NCBI GenBank assembly: GCA_031266935.1
Contig: JAISAC010000158.1
Location: 6,966-70,965 of the forward strand
From: Prevotellaceae bacterium
GTDB lineage: Bacteria > Bacteroidota > Bacteroidia > Bacteroidales > UBA932
Reading direction: 5' to 3'
Length of the DNA: 64,000 nt
Positions 8,271-18,732 of the stretch are shown here, piece by piece. The first letter of the stretch is position 1. Each line of letters opens with the position of its first letter. The position numbers were made by a program, and so were the translations under genes. The notes below the pieces were generated by a model. The model worked only from the letters and a program-made list of their open reading frames with translations. It had not been told where the DNA came from and ran no database searches.

Positions 8271-10106
8271 ATGAATAAAATCAAACATCCTCCCCAGCAG
8301 CATGAAGCGCGTCGGCGCAAGCAGGGCATGGCGCGGCTGTGGGAGCTGGCAACGGTGAAGAAAACGCTTGTTGTTGCCTCGTGCGCGCTGTCGGCGCTGA
8401 GCGTCGTGGCGTCGTTCGCGCCGTTTATTGCCATTTACGGCATTATCCGCGAGCTGGTGCTGCACTTTGCGGATTTGAGTACGCTGAGCGGCGCGTACAT
8501 GGCGCAGCTTGGCTGGCTGGCCTGCGGCGGCGCGGTGGCGGCAATCCTGCTGAATTTCATCGCGCTGATGTGCTCGCACGTGGCGGCGTTTACCACGCTT
8601 TACCACCTCAAGCTGGATTTTACGCGGCACATCGCCTCGCTGCCGCTGGGCTTCCACACGGGGAACGCTACCGGCAAGCTGCGCAAAATCGTGGACGAGA
8701 ACATCGAAAAGCTGGAAGGCTTCATTGCGCACCAGCTTCCCGACCTTGTTGGGTCTTTCGCCATGCCGGTGGTTACGCTGGCGGTATTGTTTTGGTTCGA
8801 CTGGCGGCTGGGACTGGCGAGCTTTGCGCCGCTTGTTTTTAGCTACCTGATTCAGGCGGCGGCTTACGGCAACAAAAAGGCGCAAACCTTTATCAAAAAA
8901 TATCAGGATTCGCTGGAGGACATGAACAACGCGGCGGTGGAGTACGTGCGCGGCATATCGGTGCTGAAAGCCTTCAACCAGACGATTTTCTCCTTCCGCA
9001 GGTTTCACGAAATTATCCGCAGCTACGGCAAATTTGTATTGGAATACACCATGGCTTTCCGCACAAACATGGTAATGTTCCTGCTGATAGTAAACCATGT
9101 TTACCTGTTCCTGATTCCGGTCATTATCCTGCTGTCCGGGAGCGTGACGGACTATCCCGCGTTTGCGATGGCGGCGGTTTTCTACCTTGTCTTTTCCATG
9201 TCGCTCGCCACGCCGTTCACCAAGCTCCTGTACGTATCGCAGACCGGCAAGCAGATTGCAGACGGCATCGGGCGCATGGACAGAATACTCGATGTCCCGC
9301 CGCTTGCGGAGACCGCCCATCCGCAGACAACGGACGATTATTCTGTTTCCTTTGAAAACGTCACCTTCACGTATAACGGCGAAGGGGAGGCCGTTGCCGT
9401 TTCGGGCGTCAGCTTCACGGCGCGGCAGGGCGAGCTGACGGCGCTGGTTGGGCCATCCGGCAGCGGAAAATCTACGCTGGCGCACCTGATACCGCGCTTT
9501 TACGACGTAACGGGCGGCGCGGTCAAAATCGGCGGCGTGGACGTGCGCAGCATGAGCAGCGACTACCTGATGAGCATTGTCGGCTTCGTCTTCCAGGATG
9601 TCTTCCTTTTTAAGCAGAGCATAATGGATAATATCCTTGTCGGCGACAGAAACGCCAGCCGCGACGACGCCGTTGCCGCGGCGAAGGCGGCGCAGTGCCA
9701 CGAGTTTGTCATGCAGCTGCCGGACGGCTACGACACGGTTGTCGGCACAAAAAACGTACACCTTTCCGGCGGCGAGCGGCAGCGCATCGTCATTGCGCGG
9801 GCAATCCTCAAGAACGCCCCCATCCTCGTGCTCGACGAGGCGACGGCTTTTGCCGACCCGGAAAACGAGCAGAAAATCCAGCAGGCATTCGAAGAGCTGA
9901 TGCGCAGTAAAACCGTAATCATTATCGCGCACCGCCTGTCCACGGTACGCGCGGCGGACAAAATTGTCGTGATTGACAGCGGACGCCTGTCGGAGGAAGG
10001 CCAACATAGCAATTTAATTCACGCCAACGGACGCTACAGCCGCCTGTGGCAGCAATACACCGGCGCCATGAGCTGGACGCTGGCAAAAAAAGGAGGCTTG
10101 TCATGA
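8271..10106 (+). CDS. ABC exporter, fused permease/ATPase (heterodimer partner 1)
   Basis: Six-TM exporter domain followed by an NBD with Walker A GPSGSGKST, signature LSGGERQR and Walker B ILVLDEAT. I chose the ATG at 8271 over the TTG at 8259 used in the ORF track. Confidence 0.9.
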   Translation: MNKIKHPPQQHEARRRKQGMARLWELATVKKTLVVASCALSALSVVASFAPFIAIYGIIRELVLHFADLSTLSGAYMAQLGWLACGGAVAAILLNFIALMCSHVAAFTTLYHLKLDFTRHIASLPLGFHTGNATGKLRKIVDENIEKLEGFIAHQLPDLVGSFAMPVVTLAVLFWFDWRLGLASFAPLVFSYLIQAAAYGNKKAQTFIKKYQDSLEDMNNAAVEYVRGISVLKAFNQTIFSFRRFHEIIRSYGKFVLEYTMAFRTNMVMFLLIVNHVYLFLIPVIILLSGSVTDYPAFAMAAVFYLVFSMSLATPFTKLLYVSQTGKQIADGIGRMDRILDVPPLAETAHPQTTDDYSVSFENVTFTYNGEGEAVAVSGVSFTARQGELTALVGPSGSGKSTLAHLIPRFYDVTGGAVKIGGVDVRSMSSDYLMSIVGFVFQDVFLFKQSIMDNILVGDRNASRDDAVAAAKAAQCHEFVMQLPDGYDTVVGTKNVHLSGGERQRIVIARAILKNAPILVLDEATAFADPENEQKIQQAFEELMRSKTVIIIAHRLSTVRAADKIVVIDSGRLSEEGQHSNLIHANGRYSRLWQQYTGAMSWTLAKKGGLS

Positions 10107-11872
10107 AAAAGATTAAACAATTGTTAGGTCTGTCCGACGAAGGATACCGCGATTTCAAGCGGGCAGTTGTCGCGGTGGTAATTTCCAACCTCGCGCTGCT
10201 GCTGCCGTTTATCGTGATGATACAGCTTATCGTCACCCTGCTCGCCCCCCTGATGACCGGCGATCCGCCGGATACGGCAAAGCTTTGGCTGTTGCTGGGC
10301 TGCGGAATAGCTGCCGCGGCGCTTTACTTTTTTGCCTACCGCAACGAGTACCGCAAAACCTACGTAACGGCTTACAGCGAATCGGAAAAAATCCGTTTAG
10401 ACGTCGCCGAGCGCATCCGCCGGCTGCCGATGAGCTTCTTCAACAGCAAAGACCTGTCGGAGCTGACGACGAACATCATGGCCGACTGCACGTCCGTAGA
10501 GCACGTCATGAGCCACGTCGCGCCGGGGCTGTTTGCCAACATCATCACCATTACGCTTGCCTGCGCGCTGCTTGCCGTTTACGACTGGCGGCTCTCGCTC
10601 GCCCTGTTCGCCGCGTTGCCCGTATCGTTCGGGTTGATTCTGCTCAGCCGCAGATTGCAGACGAAGCTGGGCGAAAAGCATGTGCAGGCAAAGCTGAACG
10701 TGTCCGACAGGATTCAGGAATATTTAGACGGCATCAAGGTGGTGAAAGCCTTCGGGCTGTCGGGCGAAAAATCCGAATCCCTGCGGAGCGCTTTGCGGAG
10801 TATGATGTGGAACGCGATTAAGTTCGAAGGGCTTACGGGCGCTTTCATCACGCTGGCGATGATGATTATGCAGGTAGGCATTGGCCTTGTCGTGCTAACG
10901 GGCGTACTTTTGCTGACGGACGGCGGATTTGACGTCATCAAGTTCCTGACGTTCGTGATTGTCAGCGTGAAAATCTACTCCCCGCTGATTGTCATTCTCA
11001 CGCTGCTGCCGGAATTTTTCTACATGCTCATTTCCACCCGGCGCATGCAGCAGCTTCGCAGCGAGCCGGTCATGACGGGCGATGAAACTATCGCGCTACA
11101 GAACTTCAACATTGAGCTGAAAAACGTCACCTTCGCCTACCGCGAAAGCGACGTGATAAAAAACCTCAGCCTGACCATTCCGCAAAGCAGCGTAACCGCC
11201 CTTGTTGGGCCTTCCGGCAGCGGCAAAAGCACCGTCACCCGCCTGATTGCCCGCTTCTGGGATGTAAAGTCGGGCGAAATCCGCATTGGCGGCAAAAACA
11301 TCCGCGACGTTGACCCCGAACGGCTGATGAGCTACATGAGCTTCGTCTTTCAGGACGTAGTGCTGTTCAACGACACGGTGATGAACAACATCCGCATCGG
11401 GCGGCAGGGTGCATCGGACGACGAAGTGTATGCGGCGGCAAGGATGGCGCGCTGCGACGGCTTTATCCGCCACATGCCCTGCGGCTACGAAACCCTTATC
11501 GGCGAAAACGGCTCCACGCTTTCCGGCGGCGAGCGCCAGCGCATATCCATTGCCCGCGCCCTGCTGAAGAACGCCCCCATTGTACTGCTCGACGAGGCAA
11601 CCGCTTCGCTCGACCCGGAAAACGAAGCGCTGATTCAGGAAGCCATCTCCGAGCTGGTGAAAGGACGGACAGTTGTCGTCATCGCTCATCGCCTGCGCAC
11701 CGTTTTGGGTACAGACAAAATAGCTGTTTTGGAAAACGGTCGCCTCGTGGAAGAAGGCATCGGCGACGAGCTGATTGCGCAAAACGGGCTCTTCGCCCGG
11801 CTGTACAAAATACAGCAGGAGAGCCTCGGCTGGACGGCAGGAAAAGTTATGCCCCCAACGAAAAAAAGTTGA
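10103..11872 (+). CDS. ABC exporter, fused permease/ATPase (heterodimer partner 2)
   Basis: ATGA overlap with the upstream stop at 10103-10106. Walker A GPSGSGKST, signature LSGGERQR, Walker B IVLLDEAT. Confidence 0.9.
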   Translation: MKKIKQLLGLSDEGYRDFKRAVVAVVISNLALLLPFIVMIQLIVTLLAPLMTGDPPDTAKLWLLLGCGIAAAALYFFAYRNEYRKTYVTAYSESEKIRLDVAERIRRLPMSFFNSKDLSELTTNIMADCTSVEHVMSHVAPGLFANIITITLACALLAVYDWRLSLALFAALPVSFGLILLSRRLQTKLGEKHVQAKLNVSDRIQEYLDGIKVVKAFGLSGEKSESLRSALRSMMWNAIKFEGLTGAFITLAMMIMQVGIGLVVLTGVLLLTDGGFDVIKFLTFVIVSVKIYSPLIVILTLLPEFFYMLISTRRMQQLRSEPVMTGDETIALQNFNIELKNVTFAYRESDVIKNLSLTIPQSSVTALVGPSGSGKSTVTRLIARFWDVKSGEIRIGGKNIRDVDPERLMSYMSFVFQDVVLFNDTVMNNIRIGRQGASDDEVYAAARMARCDGFIRHMPCGYETLIGENGSTLSGGERQRISIARALLKNAPIVLLDEATASLDPENEALIQEAISELVKGRTVVVIAHRLRTVLGTDKIAVLENGRLVEEGIGDELIAQNGLFARLYKIQQESLGWTAGKVMPPTKKS

Positions 11873-11913
11873 TTTAGCCATCAACATTTATTTTGCTTTG
11901 CCAAAATAATTAA

Positions 11914-11921
11914 TACCTTTG
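11914..11921 (+). promoter_or_regulatory. -7 promoter box TAccTTTG, with a TTTG -33-like element at 11892-11900
   Basis: TAnnTTTG consensus upstream of the SPFH lipoprotein gene. Confidence 0.45.
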
Positions 11922-12017
11922 CGCTATTGTTTTGAAGCGCCAAGCTTAAATGAAGTCAAAAACGCCAACAAAACAGCAAGTATTCCTCACCTTATTCACC
12001 GCTAAAAAATTATTAAG

Positions 12018-12836
12018 ATGAAAGCAATAAAATTGCTGCTGCTGCCGGCGGCTCTTACTTTAATGGTAGCCACATCGTGTACGAAAATCGACAGCGGAAG
12101 CGTCGGTATCATGTTCAGAAAATGGTCGGTGGACAGCCATGAGTACGGTGGCGTAGTTGGAACCTGTAAAGGGTTCGTGTGGTATAATCCGTTTACGAAA
12201 AGCGTGTATGAATATCCGGTATTCGTTCAGCGAAAATCGTTTGAAGACATTCAGGTGAATGCCAAAGATGCCAGTACGTTCAGCATATCGCCCGTGCTTG
12301 CCTACCGCTTAGACCCCGAAAAGGCGATATACGTATTCACCAAATACCGAAAGCCGCTTTCGGATATTGAAGAGGGATACATCCGCACGTGCATTTACGA
12401 GGCCTACCGCACTTGCGGAAACTCCTACACATCCGATTACCTGATGTCGAACAGGGAAGAGTTTGAAAAAGCTGTCCGCATGAGGCTTGATGAATCCATG
12501 ACAAGGGAAGGTTTTATTGTTGAAGAATTTACCGCGCAAATTACGCCTCCGATAAGCCTAAGAAACGCTATTGACGCAAAGAATGAAGCCATTCAAAACG
12601 CGCTAAAGGCCGAAAACAAGGTTAGGGAAGCGGAAGCCAACGCCAAAATAGAGGTTGCAAAGGCGCATGGAGAGGCGCAAGCCCTGAAAATCAAAGGCGA
12701 CGGCGAGGCGTACTACAACCGTGTGGTAGCCGCTTCGCTCAACCAGCTGCTTGTAAATCAGTACGCCATTGAAAAATGGGACGGAAAGCTTCCTACCTAT
12801 TCAGGAAATGCAACGCCTTTTATAAACATAAAGTAA
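12018..12836 (+). CDS. SPFH/prohibitin (band 7) family lipoprotein
   Basis: 272 aa. Lipoprotein signal MKAIKLLLLPAALTLMVATSC, then an SPFH-like core and an Ala/Glu-rich coiled-coil (EAEANAKIEVAKAHGEAQALKIKGDGEAYY). Confidence 0.8.
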   Translation: MKAIKLLLLPAALTLMVATSCTKIDSGSVGIMFRKWSVDSHEYGGVVGTCKGFVWYNPFTKSVYEYPVFVQRKSFEDIQVNAKDASTFSISPVLAYRLDPEKAIYVFTKYRKPLSDIEEGYIRTCIYEAYRTCGNSYTSDYLMSNREEFEKAVRMRLDESMTREGFIVEEFTAQITPPISLRNAIDAKNEAIQNALKAENKVREAEANAKIEVAKAHGEAQALKIKGDGEAYYNRVVAASLNQLLVNQYAIEKWDGKLPTYSGNATPFINIK

Positions 12837-13020
12837 AAAGAGGAAAAAGCGTGTCTTTTCTACGCCAATGAGGCGGAAACGGATTTAACGATATGAAACG
12901 TCGGTCCACCCTGCGGGACGAAGATTAGCCATGTTGATGGCGCCGCCTTGCGTTTCTAAATTAAACATTATACTTTTGCAGCATCGCTGCGCTACATGTC
13001 CGGAGCAGCACGGAAGGCGT

Positions 13021-14874
13021 ATGGCGTACAAAAAAAACCGAGGTATGATGAATAGCAGCAGCTTGCTGAAACCCGAGCTTTTGGCCCCGGCCAAAAATTA
13101 CGACACGGCGGTAGCCGCCGTTGACCACGGCGCCGACGCCGTGTACATGGGCGCCGAAAGGTTCGGCGCGCGCGAAGCCGCGGGCAACTCCCTCCGCGAT
13201 GTGGCAAAAGCCGTTGCCTACGCCCACCGCTTCGGGGTAAAGCTCTACCTGACGCTCAACACCATCCTGTACGAGCACGAGGTCGGCGACGCGCGGCAGC
13301 TGGCCATCGCGGCCTGCGACGCGGGCTGCGACGCGCTCATCGTGCAGGATATGGCCTTCCTCACAATGGATTTGCCGCCCATTGCGCTCCACGCCTCCAC
13401 TCAGGTGCACAACGCCACCCCCGAAAAGGTAAAATTTTTGCAGGACGCCGGCTTTTCGCGCGTGGTGCTGGCGCGCGAACTCTCGCTTTTGCAGGTAGCC
13501 GGCATTCGCGCCGCCGCCCCCAAGGTTGAGCTCGAGGCGTTTGTGCACGGGGCGCTCTGCGTATCGTACAGCGGACAATGCTACCTGAGCCAGCACCTTA
13601 CGGGGCGAAGCGCCAACCGCGGCGCCTGCGCGCAGCCCTGCCGCTCGGCCTACAGCTTGATAGACGGCTGCGGCAGGACGGTTGTAAAGGACAGGCACCT
13701 GCTCTCGCTTCGAGACCTCAACCTCACGGCCTACCTGCGCAGCTTGTCGCAGGCCGGCGTGTGCGCGTTCAAGATCGAGGGGCGGCTCAAGGACATCTGC
13801 TACGTAAAGAACGTGGTGGCGCACTACCGGAAAGCCATCGACGAGGTGTTTGCGGGGCAAAAAAAGCCTTCGTCGGGGCAGGTACATTTCGATTTCGACC
13901 CGCAACCCTGCAAAACATTTTCGCGCGGCTTTACCACCTACTTCATCGACGGCAACCCCCAAAGCATGGCCTCCGTCAGCACGCAAAAATCGCTGGGCGA
14001 AGAAGTAGGGGTAATACGGCAAGTTGGCAGCAAATACGTTGACATCAAGCCAAAGGTTAAGGTGAGCGACGGCGACGGAGTTTGCTTTTTCGACAGCCGC
14101 GGCGTGCTGCACGGCGCCCACGTTAACCGCGCGGAGGGGTCGCGCCTTTTTTTGCAAAATATGGTCGGCGCAACGGTGGGGGCAACCGTTTTCCGCAGCT
14201 TCGATATTGCCTTCCGGCGGCAGCTGGCAGGCCGCTCGGCTCGGCGCTTAGTAGATGCGGAGATTTCGCTGACGGCTACCCCGGCAAGCGTACGCCTCAC
14301 CGCCACCGACGAAGATGGCATTTCGGCGACCTTACTCATTGATAAAAAGAATATTGCCGCAGCTAACGGGGATAAATCGTTAAGCATTATAAAAGAGCAA
14401 CTTAGAAAGTCCGGCAATTTTATATTCAACATCACATCCGTCAGTGTGGATACCTATGAACCATACTTTTACGCCATATCAGAGCTTAACGGCTGGCGGC
14501 GCGCCATTTTGGAGCAGCTGGAGCAGCAGCGGCTGCGGCAGTACGCAGCTAAACGCAAGGACACCACAAAAAGCCCCACGCCCTACCCCGACTCAACGCT
14601 AAGCTTCAAAGGAAATGTGCTCAACGCTTACGCCCGAAAATTTTATGAGCAGCACGGCGTGGCGGACGTTAGCCCCGCATTTGAGCAGGAGCAGCCCAAA
14701 GGAGCAGCCCCCCTCATGACTACCCGCTACTGCCTCCTGCGCGAGTTGGGGTGCTGCAAGCAATCCGGCTCCGGCAAAAAGCTGCAAGAGCCTCTTTTTT
14801 TGGAAAATAACGGATGCCGGCTCCGGCTCAGATTCAGCTGCAAGGTGTGCGAAATGACGGTGGAGAAAGCGTAG
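13021..14874 (+). CDS. Peptidase U32 family protein (collagenase-like/RlhA-TrhP family)
   Basis: Conserved N-terminus ELLAPAKNYDTAVAAVDHGADAVYMG..RFGAR and the U32 motif EAFVHGALCVSYSGQC. The start is uncertain (ATG at 13021 or 13045). A -7 box TActTTTG lies at 12971-12978. Confidence 0.88.
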   Translation: MAYKKNRGMMNSSSLLKPELLAPAKNYDTAVAAVDHGADAVYMGAERFGAREAAGNSLRDVAKAVAYAHRFGVKLYLTLNTILYEHEVGDARQLAIAACDAGCDALIVQDMAFLTMDLPPIALHASTQVHNATPEKVKFLQDAGFSRVVLARELSLLQVAGIRAAAPKVELEAFVHGALCVSYSGQCYLSQHLTGRSANRGACAQPCRSAYSLIDGCGRTVVKDRHLLSLRDLNLTAYLRSLSQAGVCAFKIEGRLKDICYVKNVVAHYRKAIDEVFAGQKKPSSGQVHFDFDPQPCKTFSRGFTTYFIDGNPQSMASVSTQKSLGEEVGVIRQVGSKYVDIKPKVKVSDGDGVCFFDSRGVLHGAHVNRAEGSRLFLQNMVGATVGATVFRSFDIAFRRQLAGRSARRLVDAEISLTATPASVRLTATDEDGISATLLIDKKNIAAANGDKSLSIIKEQLRKSGNFIFNITSVSVDTYEPYFYAISELNGWRRAILEQLEQQRLRQYAAKRKDTTKSPTPYPDSTLSFKGNVLNAYARKFYEQHGVADVSPAFEQEQPKGAAPLMTTRYCLLRELGCCKQSGSGKKLQEPLFLENNGCRLRLRFSCKVCEMTVEKA

Positions 14875-14948
14875 CGCGCGCATTCCTGGCAGCACCCATA
14901 ATTTTGCCTGCGTAGCAGGCCAACGCTTGCCGTTATTTTTTTTTGTGC

Positions 14949-14956
14949 TAAATTTG
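14949..14956 (+). promoter_or_regulatory. -7 promoter box TAaaTTTG
   Basis: Exact TAnnTTTG about 30 nt upstream of the ATG at 14987. Confidence 0.45.
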
Positions 14957-14986
14957 CGCTACTTTTTTTCTTTTTTTGAAGCAGCT

Positions 14987-16207
14987 ATGGAATTTGAAAT
15001 GCTTGCGTTGCCCAACGGGCTACGCTTTGTACACAAGCGGGTAAAATCGGCGGTGGCCTACTGCGGGCTTACCATCAACGCCGGTACGCGCGACGAGCTG
15101 GAGCACGAGCACGGCATGGCGCACTTTCTGGAGCACGTGCTGTTTAAGGGAACAAAAACGCGCAGCTCCCTAAAAATAGCCACCATGCTCGAAAGCCAGG
15201 GCGGCGACCTGAACGCATTTACGGCCAAGGAGGAGACCGCCGTGCACGCCGTGGTGCTGCGCAGCGACCTGAGCAAGGCGTTTGACGTCATTTCCGACAT
15301 CGTTTTCAGCTCGACTTTTCCGCCGGCAGAGCTCGAAAAAGAAAAGGATGTGGTGCGCGATGAGATTAACCTCTACCGCGACAGCCCGTCGGAAGCCATT
15401 TTTGACGAGTTCGAGGAGCTGCTCTTCCCCTCGTCGAGCTTGGGGCGCAGCATCCTGGGAAGCGCCGGTAGCCTGCGCACCTTTTCGGCGCAGCGGGTGC
15501 GCAGCTTCGTCAACCGCTGCTACACAACCGACCGGATGGTATTTTCGTCGGTAGGGAGTTTTGGCGTTGAGAGGGTGGCAAAGTTGGCCGACAAGTACTT
15601 TGCGCAGCGTCCCCGCAGCAGCGCCCAAAGCAAAAGAGCGCCGGCGCCAGCCTACAGCGCCTTCAGCAAAACCTGCAAAAAATCAACGCACCAGGCGCAC
15701 TGTCTGCTGGGCAACCGCACCTTTGGCTACACGCACGGCAGCCGCTTTGCGCTGTACCTGCTGGTAAACATGCTGGGCGGGCCAAGCCAAAACTCGCGCC
15801 TGAGCCTTGCGCTGCGCGAAACGCACGGGCTGGCCTACGGCGTAGAGGTCGCCTCAACGCTCTACTCCGACTGCGGCGCGGCAACCATCTACTTTGGCAC
15901 CGAAAAAAGCGCCGTCGAAAAATGCCTGAGCGTGGTGAACGGAGAGCTGGAAAAGATACGCTCCGGCAAGCTCACGGCGGCGCAGCTAAACCGCGCAAAA
16001 AAGCAGCTGCTCGGGCAGATTGCCATCGGCTCGGAGAGCAACGAGCAAGCTATGCTGGGTATGGGCAAAAGCCTGCTGGTGTACGGCAAAATTGACTCCT
16101 CCAGAGAGGTAGAGGAGCATATCCGCGCCGTTACCGCCGAGCAAGTACAGGCGCTGGCGTGTGAAGTATTTAACCCGAAAAGCATGTCGGCGCTGATTTA
16201 CAGGTAG
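14987..16207 (+). CDS. M16 (pitrilysin/insulinase) family zinc peptidase
   Basis: Inverted zinc motif HFLEHVLFKG (HxxEH). The length of about 406 aa is typical. I used the internal ATG downstream of the promoter box. Confidence 0.9.
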   Translation: MEFEMLALPNGLRFVHKRVKSAVAYCGLTINAGTRDELEHEHGMAHFLEHVLFKGTKTRSSLKIATMLESQGGDLNAFTAKEETAVHAVVLRSDLSKAFDVISDIVFSSTFPPAELEKEKDVVRDEINLYRDSPSEAIFDEFEELLFPSSSLGRSILGSAGSLRTFSAQRVRSFVNRCYTTDRMVFSSVGSFGVERVAKLADKYFAQRPRSSAQSKRAPAPAYSAFSKTCKKSTHQAHCLLGNRTFGYTHGSRFALYLLVNMLGGPSQNSRLSLALRETHGLAYGVEVASTLYSDCGAATIYFGTEKSAVEKCLSVVNGELEKIRSGKLTAAQLNRAKKQLLGQIAIGSESNEQAMLGMGKSLLVYGKIDSSREVEEHIRAVTAEQVQALACEVFNPKSMSALIYR

Positions 16208-16269
16208 AGGAACAAGAATAGACTTGAAAATGACGCTCCCCTGCCGCATCATATTCCAAAAAAATGTTG

Positions 16270-16277
16270 TACTTTTG
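16270..16277 (+). promoter_or_regulatory. -7 promoter box TActTTTG immediately upstream of the GT9 gene (very short leader)
   Basis: Exact TAnnTTTG ending 5 nt before the ATG at 16282. Confidence 0.35.
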
Positions 16278-16281
16278 CGGC

Positions 16282-17280
16282 ATGGCAAAATATAAATACT
16301 TAGTCATACGCTTCAGCTCCATTGGCGACATTGTGCTCACCACGCCCGTGCTGCGGATGCTCAAAAAGCGGCGTCCCGACGCGCACATTCACTTTGTGAC
16401 CAAAAAGAAGTACGCCCCGCTCGTCCTGAACAACCCTTACGTGCACAAGGTGCACGTGCTCGACGGCAGCTTCCCGGCGCTGATAAAGGAGCTGCGGGCC
16501 GAGGGCTTCGATTACGTCCTCGACTTGCACCGCAACCTGCGCAGCTTTGTGATAAAAAGCGTGCTGGGCGAAAAAACTTTTACCTTCGACAAGCTAAACT
16601 GGCGCAAGTGGCTGCTGGTGAACTTTAAAATAAACATGTTGCCGCCCATGCACATTGTTGACAGGTACCTCGAAACGCTGCGCGAGCTGGGCGTAAAGAA
16701 AGATACCAAGGGGTTGGATTTCTTTATCCCCAAGGATATTACGCTTCCGGCAAGCCTCGAAAAGGTCGCCGTAAAGGACGGATTTGTTGCGCTTGTTTGC
16801 GGAGCGCAGCATGCAACCAAAAAGATACCCATAGCGCGCATGGTTGAGCTGTGCCGCATGATTACGCTTCCGGTAGTGCTGGTTGGCGGAGAGGACGAGC
16901 ACGAGCAGGGCAGCGAGGTTGCCCGAATATGCAACAACGTGCACAACGCCTGCGGAATTTTAAATATTTACCAGTCTGCCATGCTGGTAGGCAGGGCTAA
17001 AGCTGTTGTTGCGCACGACACCGGGCTGATGCACATTGCCGCCGCGCTCAAAAAAGATATTGTTTCCGTATGGGGAAACACCGTGCCGGAGTTCGGCATG
17101 TACCCATACTTTGCCGGCGGGCGGTCGAAAATTTTCGAGGTCAAAAACCTCCGCTGCCGGCCATGCTCCAAAATCGGCTTCGACGAATGTCCCAAGAGGC
17201 ACTTCCGGTGCATGAACGATATTAACTACAAAGAGGTTGCCGGCTACGTAAACGCGCTGGCAGCCACAGGCGAAAAGTAA
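16282..17280 (+). CDS. Glycosyltransferase family 9 (heptosyltransferase-like)
   Basis: N-terminus KYLVIRFSSIGDIVLTTPVLRMLK and C-terminus HDTGLMHIAAAL are typical GT9 motifs. Confidence 0.85.
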   Translation: MAKYKYLVIRFSSIGDIVLTTPVLRMLKKRRPDAHIHFVTKKKYAPLVLNNPYVHKVHVLDGSFPALIKELRAEGFDYVLDLHRNLRSFVIKSVLGEKTFTFDKLNWRKWLLVNFKINMLPPMHIVDRYLETLRELGVKKDTKGLDFFIPKDITLPASLEKVAVKDGFVALVCGAQHATKKIPIARMVELCRMITLPVVLVGGEDEHEQGSEVARICNNVHNACGILNIYQSAMLVGRAKAVVAHDTGLMHIAAALKKDIVSVWGNTVPEFGMYPYFAGGRSKIFEVKNLRCRPCSKIGFDECPKRHFRCMNDINYKEVAGYVNALAATGEK

Positions 17281-17327
17281 GGCCGCCCAAGCGGCTGCTG
17301 TACGCTACATAAATTTACTACTTGCGC

Positions 17328-17744
17328 ATGAAAAAATTTTTATTAATCATCGCCTTGCTGGCGCTGCTGACGCTAACGATTTTCGTTTACTTCAAATTCT
17401 TTTTTGTATTTGGCGTAGGGGTAAAAAGCGGCGAGCTCAACTATGTAGTTTACAAAGGCTACATTTTCAAAACCTACGAGGGTAAGCTCATCCAGCATGG
17501 ATTTCGCTCGGAGAACTCCGGGCAAGTAAGCTCCAACGAGTTTGTGTTTTCCGTTGCCAACCGGGAAGTTGCCGAAAAGCTCATGCGCGCCGGCGGCGAG
17601 GAGGTAGAGCTGTACTACAAGGAGTACAAGCATACGCTGCCGTGGCGAGGGTACAGCCCGTACGTTGTTGACAGCATTGTTTCTATTGCCAAAAAGCAGC
17701 ATCGGGAGGTTAGCCCGCCGCCGCCGCCCCTGCTGGAGCTGTAA
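17328..17744 (+). CDS. Hypothetical membrane-anchored protein with a poly-Pro tail
   Basis: 138 aa. N-terminal TM helix (KKFLLIIALLALLTLTIFVYF). C-terminus is SPPPPPLLEL. No domain recognised. Confidence 0.55.
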   Translation: MKKFLLIIALLALLTLTIFVYFKFFFVFGVGVKSGELNYVVYKGYIFKTYEGKLIQHGFRSENSGQVSSNEFVFSVANREVAEKLMRAGGEEVELYYKEYKHTLPWRGYSPYVVDSIVSIAKKQHREVSPPPPPLLEL

Positions 17745-17776
17745 ATTTAGCTGGGCGCAAAAGCCCGGCCGCTCGG

Positions 17777-18706
17777 CTACCTTCTGTACTTCTCATCGCC
17801 CTCCAGCATTTTGAGGTAGCTGACGTAGCGATGTGTGCTTATTTTGCCTTTCTCTACAGCCTCCCGCACCGCGCAGCCCGGCTCGTGCACGTGCGTACAG
17901 TCGGTAAACCTGCATGCCCTTGAGGCGGCAAAAATCTCCGTAAAGTAGTGCGACAGCTCGTGCGGCTCAATGTCCACCAACCCAAATCCTTTTATGCCGG
18001 GCGTATCAACAACGTAGCTGTTTTTATCAACCTCAAACATTTCGGAAAAAGCAGTGGTGTGCTTACCCTTGTTGTGGTACTCCGAAATTTCGCCCACGCG
18101 CAGCTTCAGCTGCGGATTTAGCGCGTTTATCAGGCTCGATTTCCCCACTCCGGAGTTGCCGGAAAATAGCGTTATTTTATCAGCTAATAATGATTTGAGA
18201 GCTTTTACAGTACCTTCCTCCTTAATTGACGTTTTGAGCACTGGGTAGCCAATGGCGCTGTAGGTTGCCTCCATTTGCGCCGCCGCCTGCAGGCGCTCCT
18301 CGCCGTACAAGTCCATTTTGGCGATAACAATGCTCACCGGAATTTTATACGCCTCGGCCGAAACCAAAAAGCGGTCAATGAACTCCATGCTTGTGCGCGG
18401 AAAATCAACCGTAACCACCAGAAAAGCCTGGTCAACATTTGCCGCCACAATATGCGCCTCCTTCGACAGGTTGGTTGCCTTGCGAATAATGTAGTTGCGG
18501 CGGGGCGTCAGCTCCGTTACTACGGGTGCATGGCCGGCCTCGTAGCGCACAATATCCCCCACCGCCAGCGGGTTGGTTGTGCGCATGTCCCGCAGCCTCA
18601 GCTTTCCGCGAATTTTACACTCGTGCAGCGCGCCGGATGCCATATCCTGTACCGTGTAAAGGCTACCGGCAGCTTTTACCACCAGCCCTGTTTTTTTTTC
18701 GTCCAT
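17777..18706 (-). CDS. rsgA: Ribosome small-subunit-dependent GTPase A
   Basis: Circularly permuted GTPase with the G1 motif GNSGVGKSSLINAL and the C-terminal zinc motif CRFTDCTHVHEPGCAV. Confidence 0.95.
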   Translation of the reverse strand: MDEKKTGLVVKAAGSLYTVQDMASGALHECKIRGKLRLRDMRTTNPLAVGDIVRYEAGHAPVVTELTPRRNYIIRKATNLSKEAHIVAANVDQAFLVVTVDFPRTSMEFIDRFLVSAEAYKIPVSIVIAKMDLYGEERLQAAAQMEATYSAIGYPVLKTSIKEEGTVKALKSLLADKITLFSGNSGVGKSSLINALNPQLKLRVGEISEYHNKGKHTTAFSEMFEVDKNSYVVDTPGIKGFGLVDIEPHELSHYFTEIFAASRACRFTDCTHVHEPGCAVREAVEKGKISTHRYVSYLKMLEGDEKYRR

Positions 18707-18713
18707 AAATTCT

Positions 18714-18732
18714 TATCTTTGCGGCAAAGATA
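18714..18732. promoter_or_regulatory. Palindromic pair of divergent -7 boxes (TATCTTTGcggCAAAGATA)
   Basis: The plus-strand TAtcTTTG (18714-18721) faces xth. The minus-strand TAtcTTTG (18725-18732) lies about 19 nt upstream of the rsgA ATG. Confidence 0.45.

Noticed and set aside
8253-10007. A 584-aa minus-strand ORF antisense to the first ABC exporter gene. Similar long antisense ORFs lie at 12961-14157, 860-1789, 155-646, 11096-11887, 42946-43908, 26365-27147 and 28483-29529.
   Set aside because: Their products are Arg/Ala/Gly/His-rich low-complexity strings with no motifs. They lie opposite genes with clear conserved domains. Such stop-free antisense frames are expected in GC-rich coding DNA.
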